The notes beneath the pieces are model-generated. The model ran no database searches and had not been told where the DNA came from. It worked only from the letters and a program-made list of their open reading frames with translations. DNA of 50,783 nucleotides from Nitrospira sp. (lineage in GTDB: Bacteria; Nitrospirota; Thermodesulfovibrionia; Thermodesulfovibrionales; Dissulfurispiraceae): NCBI GenBank assembly GCA_002634385.1, contig NSJL01000027.1:1-50783 (forward strand), in the 5' to 3' direction. Both the position numbers and the translations under genes were made by a program. This document shows positions 8,398-18,204 of the stretch, piece by piece (the stretch's first letter is position 1; every line of letters begins with the position of its first letter).

Positions 8398-9468
8398 TTA
8401 GTAAGCTCCATACAGGGCAGCCGCCTTCACGAGGGCCTTTATGTTCTCGGGCGGAACGTCGTGGTGAATTTCACATCCGGCCGATAATAGATATCCCCCT
8501 CCCGGCATACCGATCTCCAGGCATTTCTTCGCTTCTGCCATTACCTGCTCAGGGGTTCCGAACATGAGGGCCGCATTCGCCTTTGACACGCCGACGTTCC
8601 CTGCAATAGCCACCTGTTTCCCGTATTTCTCTTTTGCCCATTTCAGGTCGACCGAGTCGTGAAAAGCAACGCATATCGGCTGGATTTCATTGACGATCAA
8701 ATCCAGGAATGGAGTAGCGTTTTCACACTGATGGTAAATATACGGGGCCCTTATGGCGTCACGGATTTTTCTGTGGTAAGGGACGACGAACTCGGCATAC
8801 TGAGGCACGCTGACCGCCTCATCAACCATCCCGCCCTCAACAGTCGCTATTGCAATGGCCCCCGCTTCGAGCATGGCCTTGGCAAAAGCGATCGATGTCT
8901 GGGTGCAGAGCTCAAGCAGGTCATGGATAAAAGACGAATTTTTAGCCATCTCCACATAAAGCCGCTTATAACGGCCTTCGAGAACATCCGCCACCGTATC
9001 CGGAGGTCCGTTCACGAACCCCACGATGGGCACATCGGGATAGTTCTTCTTCAGTTTCCTGATCACGTCCAGGATGACCGGCATCCTTCCGGCCTTGGTG
9101 GGATCGGGGACTGAAAGTTTGGCAAGATCCGCAGGGGTCTTGACGGCCCATTCGCTGACCACGCCCATGCGCATACCGCCGCCGCACTTGAGCATGTAAT
9201 CCAACTTCGAGCCCAAGGCCTCGCCCTCGACCCGGAAATCCACGGGCAGGAAGAAGTTATCAGCCCCGTACACCGTATACTGCTTCTCTATCGACTGATA
9301 GAGCTTTCTCGGATGGCTAAGCCCTTCCTTCCACGTATAGTCCAGATCCACGAAGTCATGCTGGGCGGCACTCTGAAAATAAAGGGCGACGGGTACCCGG
9401 TCCGGTGTTTTAAACGTAAGGGCTGCAACAACACGTTCTAACGGAGTCATTGTGGACATTGTTCTCAC
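8398..9468 (-). CDS. URO-D family methylcobamide/corrinoid methyltransferase (MtaA/CmuA/O-demethylase MT-I-like)
   Basis: 356 aa, typical MtaA-family length and pattern. Starts 7 nt downstream of the corrinoid-protein gene. Confidence 0.7.
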   Translation of the reverse strand: MRTMSTMTPLERVVAALTFKTPDRVPVALYFQSAAQHDFVDLDYTWKEGLSHPRKLYQSIEKQYTVYGADNFFLPVDFRVEGEALGSKLDYMLKCGGGMRMGVVSEWAVKTPADLAKLSVPDPTKAGRMPVILDVIRKLKKNYPDVPIVGFVNGPPDTVADVLEGRYKRLYVEMAKNSSFIHDLLELCTQTSIAFAKAMLEAGAIAIATVEGGMVDEAVSVPQYAEFVVPYHRKIRDAIRAPYIYHQCENATPFLDLIVNEIQPICVAFHDSVDLKWAKEKYGKQVAIAGNVGVSKANAALMFGTPEQVMAEAKKCLEIGMPGGGYLLSAGCEIHHDVPPENIKALVKAAALYGAY

Positions 9469-9475
9469 CTCCTCC

Positions 9476-10114
9476 TTATTTTTCCACTGCGGATTCTACC
9501 CACTTCAGGGCTTCCTTTTCATTGTCACCATAAAAATCAGCCCCTATCTTCTTGCAAAACTCCCAGGAGATCGGTCCTCCGCCGACGCCCACCTTGATCT
9601 TGTCCCGGAGGCCTTCTTCCACGAGTCCCTCCAGGGTCCGCTTCATACTGAGCATCGTCGGCGTCATGAGGGTAGAGAGCATCAGAAAGTCGGGCTTCTC
9701 CTCAGCCACCTTCTCAAGATAATCCTCGATGGGCACGTCACGTCCCATGTCTATACAGGCAAACCCATTTGCCTCCAGCACTATCCTTACGAGGTTCTTG
9801 CCGATGTCATGGACGTCGCCTTCGACAACGCCGATCAGTACCTTGCCTTTCCCTGCCGTTTCGACCTTCATCTTTGACTTCAGGATATTGAAGGCTTCAT
9901 AGAAGGCTTCGGAGCTGAGGAGCATCTGGGGTAGATAGTACTCCTTCTTATCATACTTTTCGCTGACTATTGCCATAGCCGGGATCATACCCTTTTCTGT
10001 TATGATCATCGGGTCGATATTGTCAGCCAAGCCCTGTCTGGCCAGCCTTCCCGCTTCGTCAATGTCGCCTACAACGATGGCGTGGTTAAGGTCTTCGAAA
10101 ATTTTTTCAGACAT
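9476..10114 (-). CDS. Corrinoid (B12-binding) protein of methyltransferase systems (MtaC/MtbC/OdmA-like)
   Basis: 212 aa with an N-terminal helical cap domain. Rossmann B12-binding domain with the DxHxxG motif (GDVHDIGKN) and S.L....M signature. Confidence 0.85.
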   Translation of the reverse strand: MSEKIFEDLNHAIVVGDIDEAGRLARQGLADNIDPMIITEKGMIPAMAIVSEKYDKKEYYLPQMLLSSEAFYEAFNILKSKMKVETAGKGKVLIGVVEGDVHDIGKNLVRIVLEANGFACIDMGRDVPIEDYLEKVAEEKPDFLMLSTLMTPTMLSMKRTLEGLVEEGLRDKIKVGVGGGPISWEFCKKIGADFYGDNEKEALKWVESAVEK

Positions 10115-10153
10115 TGTGTACCTCCACCTTAGTAAAAAAGGTTTATACAGCTA

Positions 10154-10966
10154 TCACGCCTCTGCCTTGTCTTCTTTCACCTTTACATTGCCACTCCTTT
10201 CTCTTTTAGTGAGCAGGCTTTTGGCCTGTTCAAATGTGCGCTCAAGAATGTTGAGCGTCCCCTTGGTTTCGTCCACATAAAACCCGAAGGTATCCGCGAA
10301 CTTTTTCGTTTCGGCGCTGAGCGTCTCGCGGTCTCCGATTCCCGTGTCAACCATCAGTACCCGCTTATAAGCCGCTTTCTTAAAGATCCATTTGACCGTG
10401 GCGATATCCGGACAGTGAAGTTCCTTTAGCAGCAGCGTATCAGAGTGCTTAAGCCAGCCGGGAGTCACAAACCATGTGCCCGCCTCACGACGGACCTGAT
10501 CCAGGTATTTTTCGGTCCCTCCCAGCACCAGGCACACGCAGTCATCGATCGTACTGCCATCTTTATTCTGCAGCAGTACGATAGGGCAACGGAGATCGAC
10601 CAATTGTTTTTCGATATCGAGGAGTCCATTGCCGCAAAGTCCGTAGCCCAGCACGAGGACGTCACTCTTCTCAGCCAGAATCCTGGCCTGCTCTGCAACC
10701 CCCTCTCTCAGCATAGTCTTGTCCATGTGAAGAGCGACGCGAAGCACCGCAGCCAGAACCTCGAAAGAGAGTGCCGAGTCCGGCAGAAACTCAGCTGCAT
10801 CCTTTATCCTTTTCAGCCTGTTGCCCAGCAACCCATGCAGGGACGCAATGCTGTCTGTCGCAGGACCGCTCTCGACGAAAGTGACTTTCCCGATATCAGG
10901 ATCATGGGAAAGCATATGCGCCATCTCATCTTCGAAAATTTCGCACGTTAAGAGCCCGATTACCAT
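10154..10966 (-). CDS. DUF1638-domain protein (accessory protein commonly adjacent to corrinoid methyltransferase genes)
   Basis: Start placed at the ATG at 10966 (MVIGLLTCEIF..), with a GGAGAGAGGAGGA RBS-like tract upstream. Family assignment is from overall pattern and gene context. Confidence 0.5.
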   Translation of the reverse strand: MVIGLLTCEIFEDEMAHMLSHDPDIGKVTFVESGPATDSIASLHGLLGNRLKRIKDAAEFLPDSALSFEVLAAVLRVALHMDKTMLREGVAEQARILAEKSDVLVLGYGLCGNGLLDIEKQLVDLRCPIVLLQNKDGSTIDDCVCLVLGGTEKYLDQVRREAGTWFVTPGWLKHSDTLLLKELHCPDIATVKWIFKKAAYKRVLMVDTGIGDRETLSAETKKFADTFGFYVDETKGTLNILERTFEQAKSLLTKRERSGNVKVKEDKAEA

Positions 10967-10983
10967 GGCATCCTCCTCTCTCC

Positions 10984-12618
10984 TCACCCCGCAACCTTGA
11001 CGGACTCAAACAACAGACCGTTAGGGCATTCCGCTTCACAACGCCGGCAAGCGGTGCCGTTACAAAGGTCGGAGCGGATTACAATGCGTTCATTCTCACC
11101 CACCCTCTCGATGCGGGCGGCGGCCTCCGGACATTCATTGAGACATTTGCGGCAATTATCACCCAGGCACCCCCCTGCAGGGAAATCAAGAGAGAGTTCG
11201 GTGCCCACGCTGTCCACGACAGTCAGTCCCATAGGACCGATTTCGATGATGTCCCGCTTTGAGATGTGAATCAACTCCGGCGACGGGTGCGGCTGAGGAA
11301 ATTCCTGAATGCCATAGAGAGCGAGCATGCCATTCATCATATGCATCGGCATTCCTTCATCCCAATAGGCCAACTCACAGACATAGGCATTCTTAAATAC
11401 CTTTGAATCTGCGAACATGATGTGCTTGGCGGTGATCGTATCGGCCACTTTCTGGAGCATGTCCAGGAGCTCCGGACGTCTGACGATTTCAGTGGCAAGA
11501 CACAGGCTCGTGTTCCCTGCCTGTATTATCCTGCCTGCCGAGTTAGGAATCAGGCCGACTTTCCGGGCCTTTAAGGGGTCCACGTATGTGCCCGAGGCCC
11601 CTGTCATGTACACAGCGTCCAGTTTCGGCAGTTTTATGCCGACCTCTTCCACGAGTGTCATGTGCCCGGCCCGTATGGCGCCGATAGCCTTCCCCGCCTC
11701 TCGCACATCTTTCTCTGTCAGGTAGATCCCTTCGGTCATGTGCAGTTTTCCGTCGGCAGTACTGATCTTTGGCGGGCCTACCAACCCCGCATCGATCCCT
11801 TCGGCAATCGCGGCGACAACACCCGTGCCGGTAATCCCTTTCGGCTGGCAGTTCGGGGCGCCCTGCAGAACAATCACACCGTCCTTGACCCGGATGCTCG
11901 AACCGGAACGTGCGATGAGATCTGAATTGAGCACACGAATGTCCCAGACTCCGTCGCCGGAGACTAAGTCCGCAATGGCGCCCGGCTGAGCCAACATGCC
12001 GCAGGAGACGTGCTGTCCTTCCATGGCAGGGCCTGCTGCTGCCGAACCCGTCAGTATGTCACCGCCGACCTTGATGGCCATTTCCGCGTTGGTACCATAA
12101 TCTGTGACGATAGCCACCTCATCCTTATCAAGGAGGCCGGTGATATACATCATCGCCAGGGCATCCGCACCGATTTCATGCCTGACTGCCGGCGGCACAA
12201 GGAGTTCCGCCTTGTCGGGCAACTCCAGTCCGATATCGGCAGCCCGGATGACACGGGCAGGCCGCTTGACCGCCTCCGTGATTCCCAGCTTTTTGAGTCC
12301 CCGCTTGCCCGCAAAGGCCAGATCCCTGATTTCCATCCTTTGGAAGAGAGAAAGCTGGATGGGATTTCCGCAGATCGCCACACGCCCCACCTCTTTAAGG
12401 TCGATCGGGAGGGCACGGATGACCTTGTGCACCGCATTGAGAATCAACTTGTGAGTAATGTCATATCCCATTTCAAGACAGAAGTGAAGATGGTCCATAA
12501 CATTTGCCCCCGGCAGAGGGTGGCGGGTCGATATCGCGGTGGCGATGACCCTGCCATCCTCATCAATAGCCTGGGCCCGGAACCCGCTCGTCCCCAAATC
12601 TATTGACAGGCTTTTCAT
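10984..12618 (-). CDS. ramA: RamA-type reductive activase of corrinoid enzymes (ASKHA-fold ATPase with C-terminal 2x[4Fe-4S] ferredoxin domain)
   Basis: 544 aa. N-terminal sugar-kinase/Hsp70-like fold (MKSLSIDLGTSGFRA). C-terminal Cys clusters (CLGDNCRKCLNECP, CNGTACRRCEAECP). Confidence 0.75.
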   Translation of the reverse strand: MKSLSIDLGTSGFRAQAIDEDGRVIATAISTRHPLPGANVMDHLHFCLEMGYDITHKLILNAVHKVIRALPIDLKEVGRVAICGNPIQLSLFQRMEIRDLAFAGKRGLKKLGITEAVKRPARVIRAADIGLELPDKAELLVPPAVRHEIGADALAMMYITGLLDKDEVAIVTDYGTNAEMAIKVGGDILTGSAAAGPAMEGQHVSCGMLAQPGAIADLVSGDGVWDIRVLNSDLIARSGSSIRVKDGVIVLQGAPNCQPKGITGTGVVAAIAEGIDAGLVGPPKISTADGKLHMTEGIYLTEKDVREAGKAIGAIRAGHMTLVEEVGIKLPKLDAVYMTGASGTYVDPLKARKVGLIPNSAGRIIQAGNTSLCLATEIVRRPELLDMLQKVADTITAKHIMFADSKVFKNAYVCELAYWDEGMPMHMMNGMLALYGIQEFPQPHPSPELIHISKRDIIEIGPMGLTVVDSVGTELSLDFPAGGCLGDNCRKCLNECPEAAARIERVGENERIVIRSDLCNGTACRRCEAECPNGLLFESVKVAG

Positions 12619-12622
12619 AGTT

Positions 12623-13672
12623 TTAAACCCATACCTTCCTGAAGCCGTGTTTCTTACCGGTTTCGACCATGGTCTGCAGGTTTATCGTCGAGGTCTGCGG
12701 GGGTATTCCACAGCAGGTTGTGAGGACGTCAGTCCCCTTCTCAATGCACTCTATGACGGCTTGCTTGACTTCTTCCGGCTCCCCGAACAGCAGGACCCCG
12801 TTCACATTAATATTTCCACACATGGCGGTGTTTTCTCCCACCGTCTGTTTGGCATAAGCCATATTTACCATGGAGTCAACCGAGATACCCGGCGCCACCT
12901 CCGCCATCCTCGTCAGAAGCAGGTCGTTCTTCCCGCAGATGTGAAGGATTGTGGGCACTGAAATGTTTTCGGTGATGCTCCGGGAGTAGGGCTTGGCAAA
13001 TTCGTCAAACTGTTTTGGACTGATCAGATCGCAGCTGGCAGTGGCATCAACGATCACTACAACATCCGCCCCTGCCTCGACCTGGGCCTGGGCATACTTC
13101 ACGCAGACCTTCTGAGCCCTCTCAATGAGCTCCTTGGTAACGGCAGGCTTCCTCATAATTTCGCGCATGAAGGGGTCTACCCCCCTGACCTGAGCCGCTA
13201 CCATGAAGGGTCCCACGACCATCGAGAGGACGGGTATGGTATCGGGAACCCTCTTTTTGAGGAGCTTGATCGCTTCGAGGACCACCGGCATCCTGCCGTC
13301 TTTATAAGGGTCGGGGTCCTTCACCCTGCTGAAGTCGCCCGTTTCGGACACGGGGGGTTCCTTCACCGGGGGTTGTATATCCAGGCCCTTGTTGCGCCCT
13401 GCGTGATACTCCAGCTCGCATCCCATGGCTTCGGCTTCTATATTGATATCGAAGGGGACACGAACGCTCTCAAAGCCGATGACCCGATGTGCCTCATACG
13501 ACAGGGTAGCCATGAGTTCCGCGTTGGAATGCACTTCCGGCCAGAAAGCCCCGCATGATTTCATCAACTCTATCGTTCCCGTATGCAACGGCTGCGCTAC
13601 CGGTATGCGGTCTACGGGTTGATGGGCCAGGGTGGCAAAAAGTCTTTCCTTCGGAGACATGGTTTCTTTCAT
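12623..13672 (-). CDS. URO-D family corrinoid methyltransferase (MtaA-like paralog)
   Basis: Start at the ATG at 13672 (MKETMSPKERLFATL) with an AAGGAGGA RBS. 349 aa. Ends 4 nt before ramA. Confidence 0.7.
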   Translation of the reverse strand: MKETMSPKERLFATLAHQPVDRIPVAQPLHTGTIELMKSCGAFWPEVHSNAELMATLSYEAHRVIGFESVRVPFDINIEAEAMGCELEYHAGRNKGLDIQPPVKEPPVSETGDFSRVKDPDPYKDGRMPVVLEAIKLLKKRVPDTIPVLSMVVGPFMVAAQVRGVDPFMREIMRKPAVTKELIERAQKVCVKYAQAQVEAGADVVVIVDATASCDLISPKQFDEFAKPYSRSITENISVPTILHICGKNDLLLTRMAEVAPGISVDSMVNMAYAKQTVGENTAMCGNINVNGVLLFGEPEEVKQAVIECIEKGTDVLTTCCGIPPQTSTINLQTMVETGKKHGFRKVWV

Positions 13673-13778
13673 GAAATCCTCCTTTTCGGGGTTCTTGCTT
13701 CTCTCCCTAAGATGAAGCATTGAGAGGACCCTTCTTGTGTTGTGGTTAAGCATTCCTGATTGATCAGCAAAAAAATGA

Positions 13779-15395
13779 TCACTCTTTTTCCTCTGTCCTG
13801 CACATTCCAAAATCGTATGCACCTGTTCCCGGAGGCATTCCCGGCATAAGATTGACGGTGCCGGTCAAGGCACAAAAATACCCCGCACCGGTAAACGGCA
13901 CAAAATCAACGATTGGCAGTGTATATTTTCCGGGCACATTTTTTATCCGCGAGTCGTGGGAAAGGGACAGATGGGTTTTTGCGATGCACGGACCGCAATT
14001 CTGACGGCTTGAATGAAGAGCCTCCTGTCTTTCCATCCCTGTCAGGATCCCGGATGCCCGGGAAGATTGTGTTATCCCCTGCGCACCGTATATCGTGGAG
14101 GCAACTTTCGCTATTTTCTCTTCCGTGGAAAGAGAATCATCATAAAGCCTGCGGAAGCTGAAGCGCCTGTGGGTAGCCTCCACCACTGTTTCAGCGAGTT
14201 CGTCTCCCCCCCTGCTTCCCTTCTGCCATCCCCTGTGTGCAACGGCGAAATCGGCGCCGAGATCAAGTGCGGTCTTTGCAATCTTTCTTATTTCTTCATC
14301 GTGATCAAAGGAAAACCTGTTGACGGCAACGACCAGCGGAAAGCCGAAGATCTTAACGTTCCGAATATGTCTTTCGAGGTTCTTCATTCCCGCCATCAGG
14401 GCGGCGTCATTCCTTCCTGCCCATTCGCTTTCTTCAGAAACCCGGCCCCTGTCCAACGTGCTGAGACCGTGCATCTTGAGAGCCCTGGCCGTTACCACCA
14501 GGACGACGGCATTGGGCAGCCTCTGAAGCACGGGGGCTTTGATAGCCATGAATTTCTCAAAACCCGTATCCGTACCGCCTCCGCCTTCGGTAACAACGAA
14601 ATCGGCTGTCCTCAGCGCCACTTCGTCAGCCATGACGGAACAGTTGCCGTGGCTGATGTTGGAGAAAGGTCCGCAGTGGAGAATGACCGGGGTGTTTTCC
14701 GAAGAAAGAACAAGATTAGGCAGAAGGGCCTTCCGGAGGATCCGTATCAGATCCGATTCTATCCTGATAGCGGACATCAGGACCGGATTGCCGGCCTCGT
14801 CAAAGCCCAGCGTTATTCTTGATAGCCTCTCTCTCACCTCTTCATGGGTTCTGGAGAGGGAGAGGATTGCCATGAGCTCCGACGCCTGGGTCATGATAAA
14901 GCCGCTCCTCAGGGATCTGTCACATAGGTCAATAGCCCTGTTCCAGAAAATCCTCTCTTCATCCAGGCCAGGCGGATTCCCCCAGAAAAAGAGGTTATCC
15001 ATATGGGCTGCAACAAGATTGTGGGCCATGGTGACTGCGTGCGTGTCTCCGGTACAGTGAAAATCGATTTCCTCCTGAGGAAGAAGCCTTGCTTTGCCCC
15101 CTCCGGAGCCGCCGCCCTTGCGGGCAAAGTAGAGGCCCATCGAGGGTTGTCTCAATGTGGCTATCGAGCTGCTGCCTCTCCTATTAAGGGCCATGCTCAG
15201 CGTTATTGCCGTAACCGTTTTCCCTTCTCCTCTGTAAGTGGGGGTCATCGCGGTTACAAAGATATATTTGCCGCCGGGCCTTCTCGGCAGTCTTTCGGAC
15301 ACTTCGGGAGAAATCTTGGCCATAGACTTCCCGTAAGGATCGATTTCCTTCTTTTGAAACCCGAACCGTGCGGCGATGGGAAGAATGGATCGCAT
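13779..15395 (-). CDS. fhs: Formate--tetrahydrofolate ligase (formyl-THF synthetase)
   Basis: 538 aa. P-loop TPTYRGEGKTVTAITL. FTHFS C-terminal pattern (GAGYFCALTGTVNLMPGMP). Confidence 0.85.
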   Translation of the reverse strand: MRSILPIAARFGFQKKEIDPYGKSMAKISPEVSERLPRRPGGKYIFVTAMTPTYRGEGKTVTAITLSMALNRRGSSSIATLRQPSMGLYFARKGGGSGGGKARLLPQEEIDFHCTGDTHAVTMAHNLVAAHMDNLFFWGNPPGLDEERIFWNRAIDLCDRSLRSGFIMTQASELMAILSLSRTHEEVRERLSRITLGFDEAGNPVLMSAIRIESDLIRILRKALLPNLVLSSENTPVILHCGPFSNISHGNCSVMADEVALRTADFVVTEGGGGTDTGFEKFMAIKAPVLQRLPNAVVLVVTARALKMHGLSTLDRGRVSEESEWAGRNDAALMAGMKNLERHIRNVKIFGFPLVVAVNRFSFDHDEEIRKIAKTALDLGADFAVAHRGWQKGSRGGDELAETVVEATHRRFSFRRLYDDSLSTEEKIAKVASTIYGAQGITQSSRASGILTGMERQEALHSSRQNCGPCIAKTHLSLSHDSRIKNVPGKYTLPIVDFVPFTGAGYFCALTGTVNLMPGMPPGTGAYDFGMCRTEEKE

Positions 15396-16432
15396 CAGCC
15401 CGTGATTCTCCCGTTGGCCTTCACTGTTTCAACCATGATACGCATATTTTCTGCGGGAATTTCAGGCCACAGGTCACAACCGGGCCATACTGCGCTCACT
15501 CCGTCCTCAAGTGCTCTCAGTACCTCCTTCTCGACATCCTCGGGGCTCCCCAGACAAAGTATCTGGTAAGTATCGAGATTCCCGAAGATGAGGGCATCCT
15601 TTCCGAGAAGCTGCCTCGCTTTGCTTACCTCTGTCTTCTTTTCTACGCTTATCGCGTCGCCTTTTGCGTTTGCCATATCTCCCACAATCGGATTCGTGTT
15701 GCCGCAGATATGGAGCACCTTGTGCATCGGTATTCCCGCCATAATTCTGTCCAGATGCGGTTTCACGAGGGATCGGAACATTCTCGGACTCAGGACATCG
15801 GTGCTGGCGCCCATCTCTCGTATGGTTATGTAGTCGGCTCCGGCATTCCTGTATACGTCGGCCACTGCAATGATAAGGTCTGCAAACAAGCCAAGGACCT
15901 CATTCACGGTCTCCGCATTCTTGAAAGCCTGCTTCAGGAGCCCTTCCAGGTCCATCACCTGCCCTGCCAGAAGAAAAGGGCCCAGTACATAAGTGCCTAC
16001 AGCTACTTCTTCACCTATTTCTTTTTTCAGTATCCGTATCGCTTCGGTGATAACGGGAAGCCTTCCCTTTTCCGCAAGGTTCCCCGGAATCTTTATGTCC
16101 GCCGGCCCCTTGACAATCTTGTCCTTTATCGTCGGATACAGGATTCCGTCCCGATGGGAATAGGTATTCATCGTGCAGCCCAGAATTTCAGCCTCAACCG
16201 CAATGTCGTACGGGACGACGGCGCATTCAAGGCCGAAGAGCCTGTACGTAGAGGAAGAAGTCGCTGCCATCAGCTTCGGATCGGTGTGGACTTCAGAGAA
16301 AGGTATGCTGCTTTCTTTCAGTCCGTGGACAGTCACATTTCCCATACCGCTAAAGACCGGGACACGGTCGATCTCCTCCTTTCTGAATAGCCTGAGCACT
16401 CTCTCCCTGGGGCTGTACTTTTCTCCCGTCAT
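15395..16432 (-). CDS. URO-D family corrinoid methyltransferase (MtaA/CmuA-like paralog)
   Basis: 345 aa. The stop overlaps the fhs start by 1 nt (translational coupling). Confidence 0.7.
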   Translation of the reverse strand: MTGEKYSPRERVLRLFRKEEIDRVPVFSGMGNVTVHGLKESSIPFSEVHTDPKLMAATSSSTYRLFGLECAVVPYDIAVEAEILGCTMNTYSHRDGILYPTIKDKIVKGPADIKIPGNLAEKGRLPVITEAIRILKKEIGEEVAVGTYVLGPFLLAGQVMDLEGLLKQAFKNAETVNEVLGLFADLIIAVADVYRNAGADYITIREMGASTDVLSPRMFRSLVKPHLDRIMAGIPMHKVLHICGNTNPIVGDMANAKGDAISVEKKTEVSKARQLLGKDALIFGNLDTYQILCLGSPEDVEKEVLRALEDGVSAVWPGCDLWPEIPAENMRIMVETVKANGRITG

Positions 16433-16504
16433 TTATTCCTCCTTAACCATGGTTCCCGCTTTCCAGGTTGTGTATGCAAAGTGGAAACATTTTGCATACA
16501 CAAC

Positions 16505-17311
16505 CTATAGTCTTCCCTCTTTGTACGCGGCCAGATACGCAGCACAGTCCCTATCTCTTCCAAGCATCGTTTGTGCTGCCACAATAGTAGCCATGAGTTC
16601 TCTGTCGAGCGGGTTGAGGAGGACCGCGTCAAGGTCTGAAGCCATCAGCATCGCCTGGAGAGTCCTCGTCGCGAGCGAGCGCTTCGGGAGATTCCATGTA
16701 CTGGCGCTGACATTCACCATGGTCTTCACCTGGGGGAGCTCCTTCTTTATCAGCCTGAGGGACTCGAGGGAGGTGAGAGATTGCCTGTACCAGTTCGGCG
16801 CACTCACCGGGAGGCACATGAAATCGATATAAAGCAGAGAAAGATCGATTCCATACCTGTCAACCGTTTCAGCAAGTCTTTTCGCTATTTCGAGCCTTCC
16901 TTCCGCATGATCAGGCATCCCCCCCTCCTCATCGATCGTTACACCGACAACTTTGCACCCCATCTCTTTTACAAAAGGGAGTATTCCATTGATCCTGTGC
17001 TTCTGCAGGGTTATAGAGTTGGCGATGCAGCTCTTTACCTCCCTGCATCGGCGCAGGCCCGCCTCGATCGCCTTCGGATGAATACTGTCCACCGCGAGGG
17101 GAATATCGGTCACTTCCTGGACAATATCGACGGCCCATTCAAGCCTCTGGACATTGTTTTCAAGCTTCAGCCCCGCATTGACATCGATTATGTCCGCTCC
17201 TGCCTCGACCTGCTTCGTGGCTTCCTCCTGAATCACCCTGGCATTCTTCTCCTCATACGCCTTCTCGATATACTTGATCGATGTGTTGATCCTCTCTGCA
17301 ATTACTTCCAT
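16505..17311 (-). CDS. Pterin-binding methyltetrahydrofolate:corrinoid methyltransferase (MtrH/AcsE/MT-II-like, DHPS-like TIM barrel)
   Basis: 268 aa with a pterin-binding-domain pattern (ERINTS...DIIDVNAG...). Confidence 0.7.
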   Translation of the reverse strand: MEVIAERINTSIKYIEKAYEEKNARVIQEEATKQVEAGADIIDVNAGLKLENNVQRLEWAVDIVQEVTDIPLAVDSIHPKAIEAGLRRCREVKSCIANSITLQKHRINGILPFVKEMGCKVVGVTIDEEGGMPDHAEGRLEIAKRLAETVDRYGIDLSLLYIDFMCLPVSAPNWYRQSLTSLESLRLIKKELPQVKTMVNVSASTWNLPKRSLATRTLQAMLMASDLDAVLLNPLDRELMATIVAAQTMLGRDRDCAAYLAAYKEGRL

Positions 17312-17336
17312 TGTCCCTCCTGTTTCAAATCGATTA

Positions 17337-18203
17337 TTAAAATCCAGCCTTATCCAGAACGAGGGGCACTTTGTCCTCCCAGTGAATGGTATAGATATGA
17401 ACCCCCCGGGATAGATCCCGTAAATCCCTGATCAGACGGGCTGCTATTTCGATACTTGTGTCCACGGGATCGGTGCTCTTTTCAAATGCATCGAGTATGA
17501 ACTTCGGAATAGTAATCCCGGGGATATTCTTGTTCATGAAATGTGCCATCTTCGCGGATTTGAGCAGAAAGACGCCCACAAGGACAGGCACGGATAAATG
17601 CCTAGTTTTTTCAACGAAACCGGCAAACATCTCGATGTCGAAAACAGGTTGGGTCTGAAAGAAATCGGCACCTGCCGCAACTTTCTTCTCCATTTTCATT
17701 ATCTGAAGTTCCAGCGGAGCGGATGACGGGTTCACCGCCGCTCCCAGGCAAAAGGACGGAGAGCCCTTGAGGCGATTGCCCGCCATATCCGTACCGTCCT
17801 CCAGCCCTCGGGCCGCTTTCAAGAGCTGAACCGATTCAATATCGAACACTCCCTTTGCGCCGGGATGGTCCCCCAGGGACTGGTGGTCTCCGGAAAGGAC
17901 GAGGACGTTATTTATTCCCAGGGCTGAAGCGCCTAACAGATCGGATTGCAGGGCCAGCCTGTTCCTGTCCCTGCATACCATCTGAAGTATCGGTTCAAGT
18001 CCCTCTTCTTTTATCAGGAAGGAGGCGGCAAGGGAGCTGAGGCTCATGACGGCGCTCTGATTGTCCGCCGCATTTACGCCGTCGACCCTTCCCCGCAGGG
18101 GATGGAGTATCTTCAACTCTTCTCTTATATCCGTCCCCTTAGGCGGGAGAAAATCCGTTGTAATGACAAATCTTCCTGACTTTAATGCTTCCCTCAATGC
18201 CAT
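17337..18203 (-). CDS. metF: 5,10-methylenetetrahydrofolate reductase family protein (MetF-like, paralog 1)
   Basis: 288 aa, MTHFR-family TIM barrel pattern (FVITTDFLPPKG...VCRDRNR...). Separated by 1 nt from paralog 2. Confidence 0.7.
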   Translation of the reverse strand: MALREALKSGRFVITTDFLPPKGTDIREELKILHPLRGRVDGVNAADNQSAVMSLSSLAASFLIKEEGLEPILQMVCRDRNRLALQSDLLGASALGINNVLVLSGDHQSLGDHPGAKGVFDIESVQLLKAARGLEDGTDMAGNRLKGSPSFCLGAAVNPSSAPLELQIMKMEKKVAAGADFFQTQPVFDIEMFAGFVEKTRHLSVPVLVGVFLLKSAKMAHFMNKNIPGITIPKFILDAFEKSTDPVDTSIEIAARLIRDLRDLSRGVHIYTIHWEDKVPLVLDKAGF

Positions 18204-18204
18204 G

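Noticed and set aside
15368-16390. 340-aa ORF on the + strand
   Set aside because: It is antisense to the MtaA-like gene 15395..16432. Its composition is Ser/Arg/His-rich and low in complexity with no domain signal.
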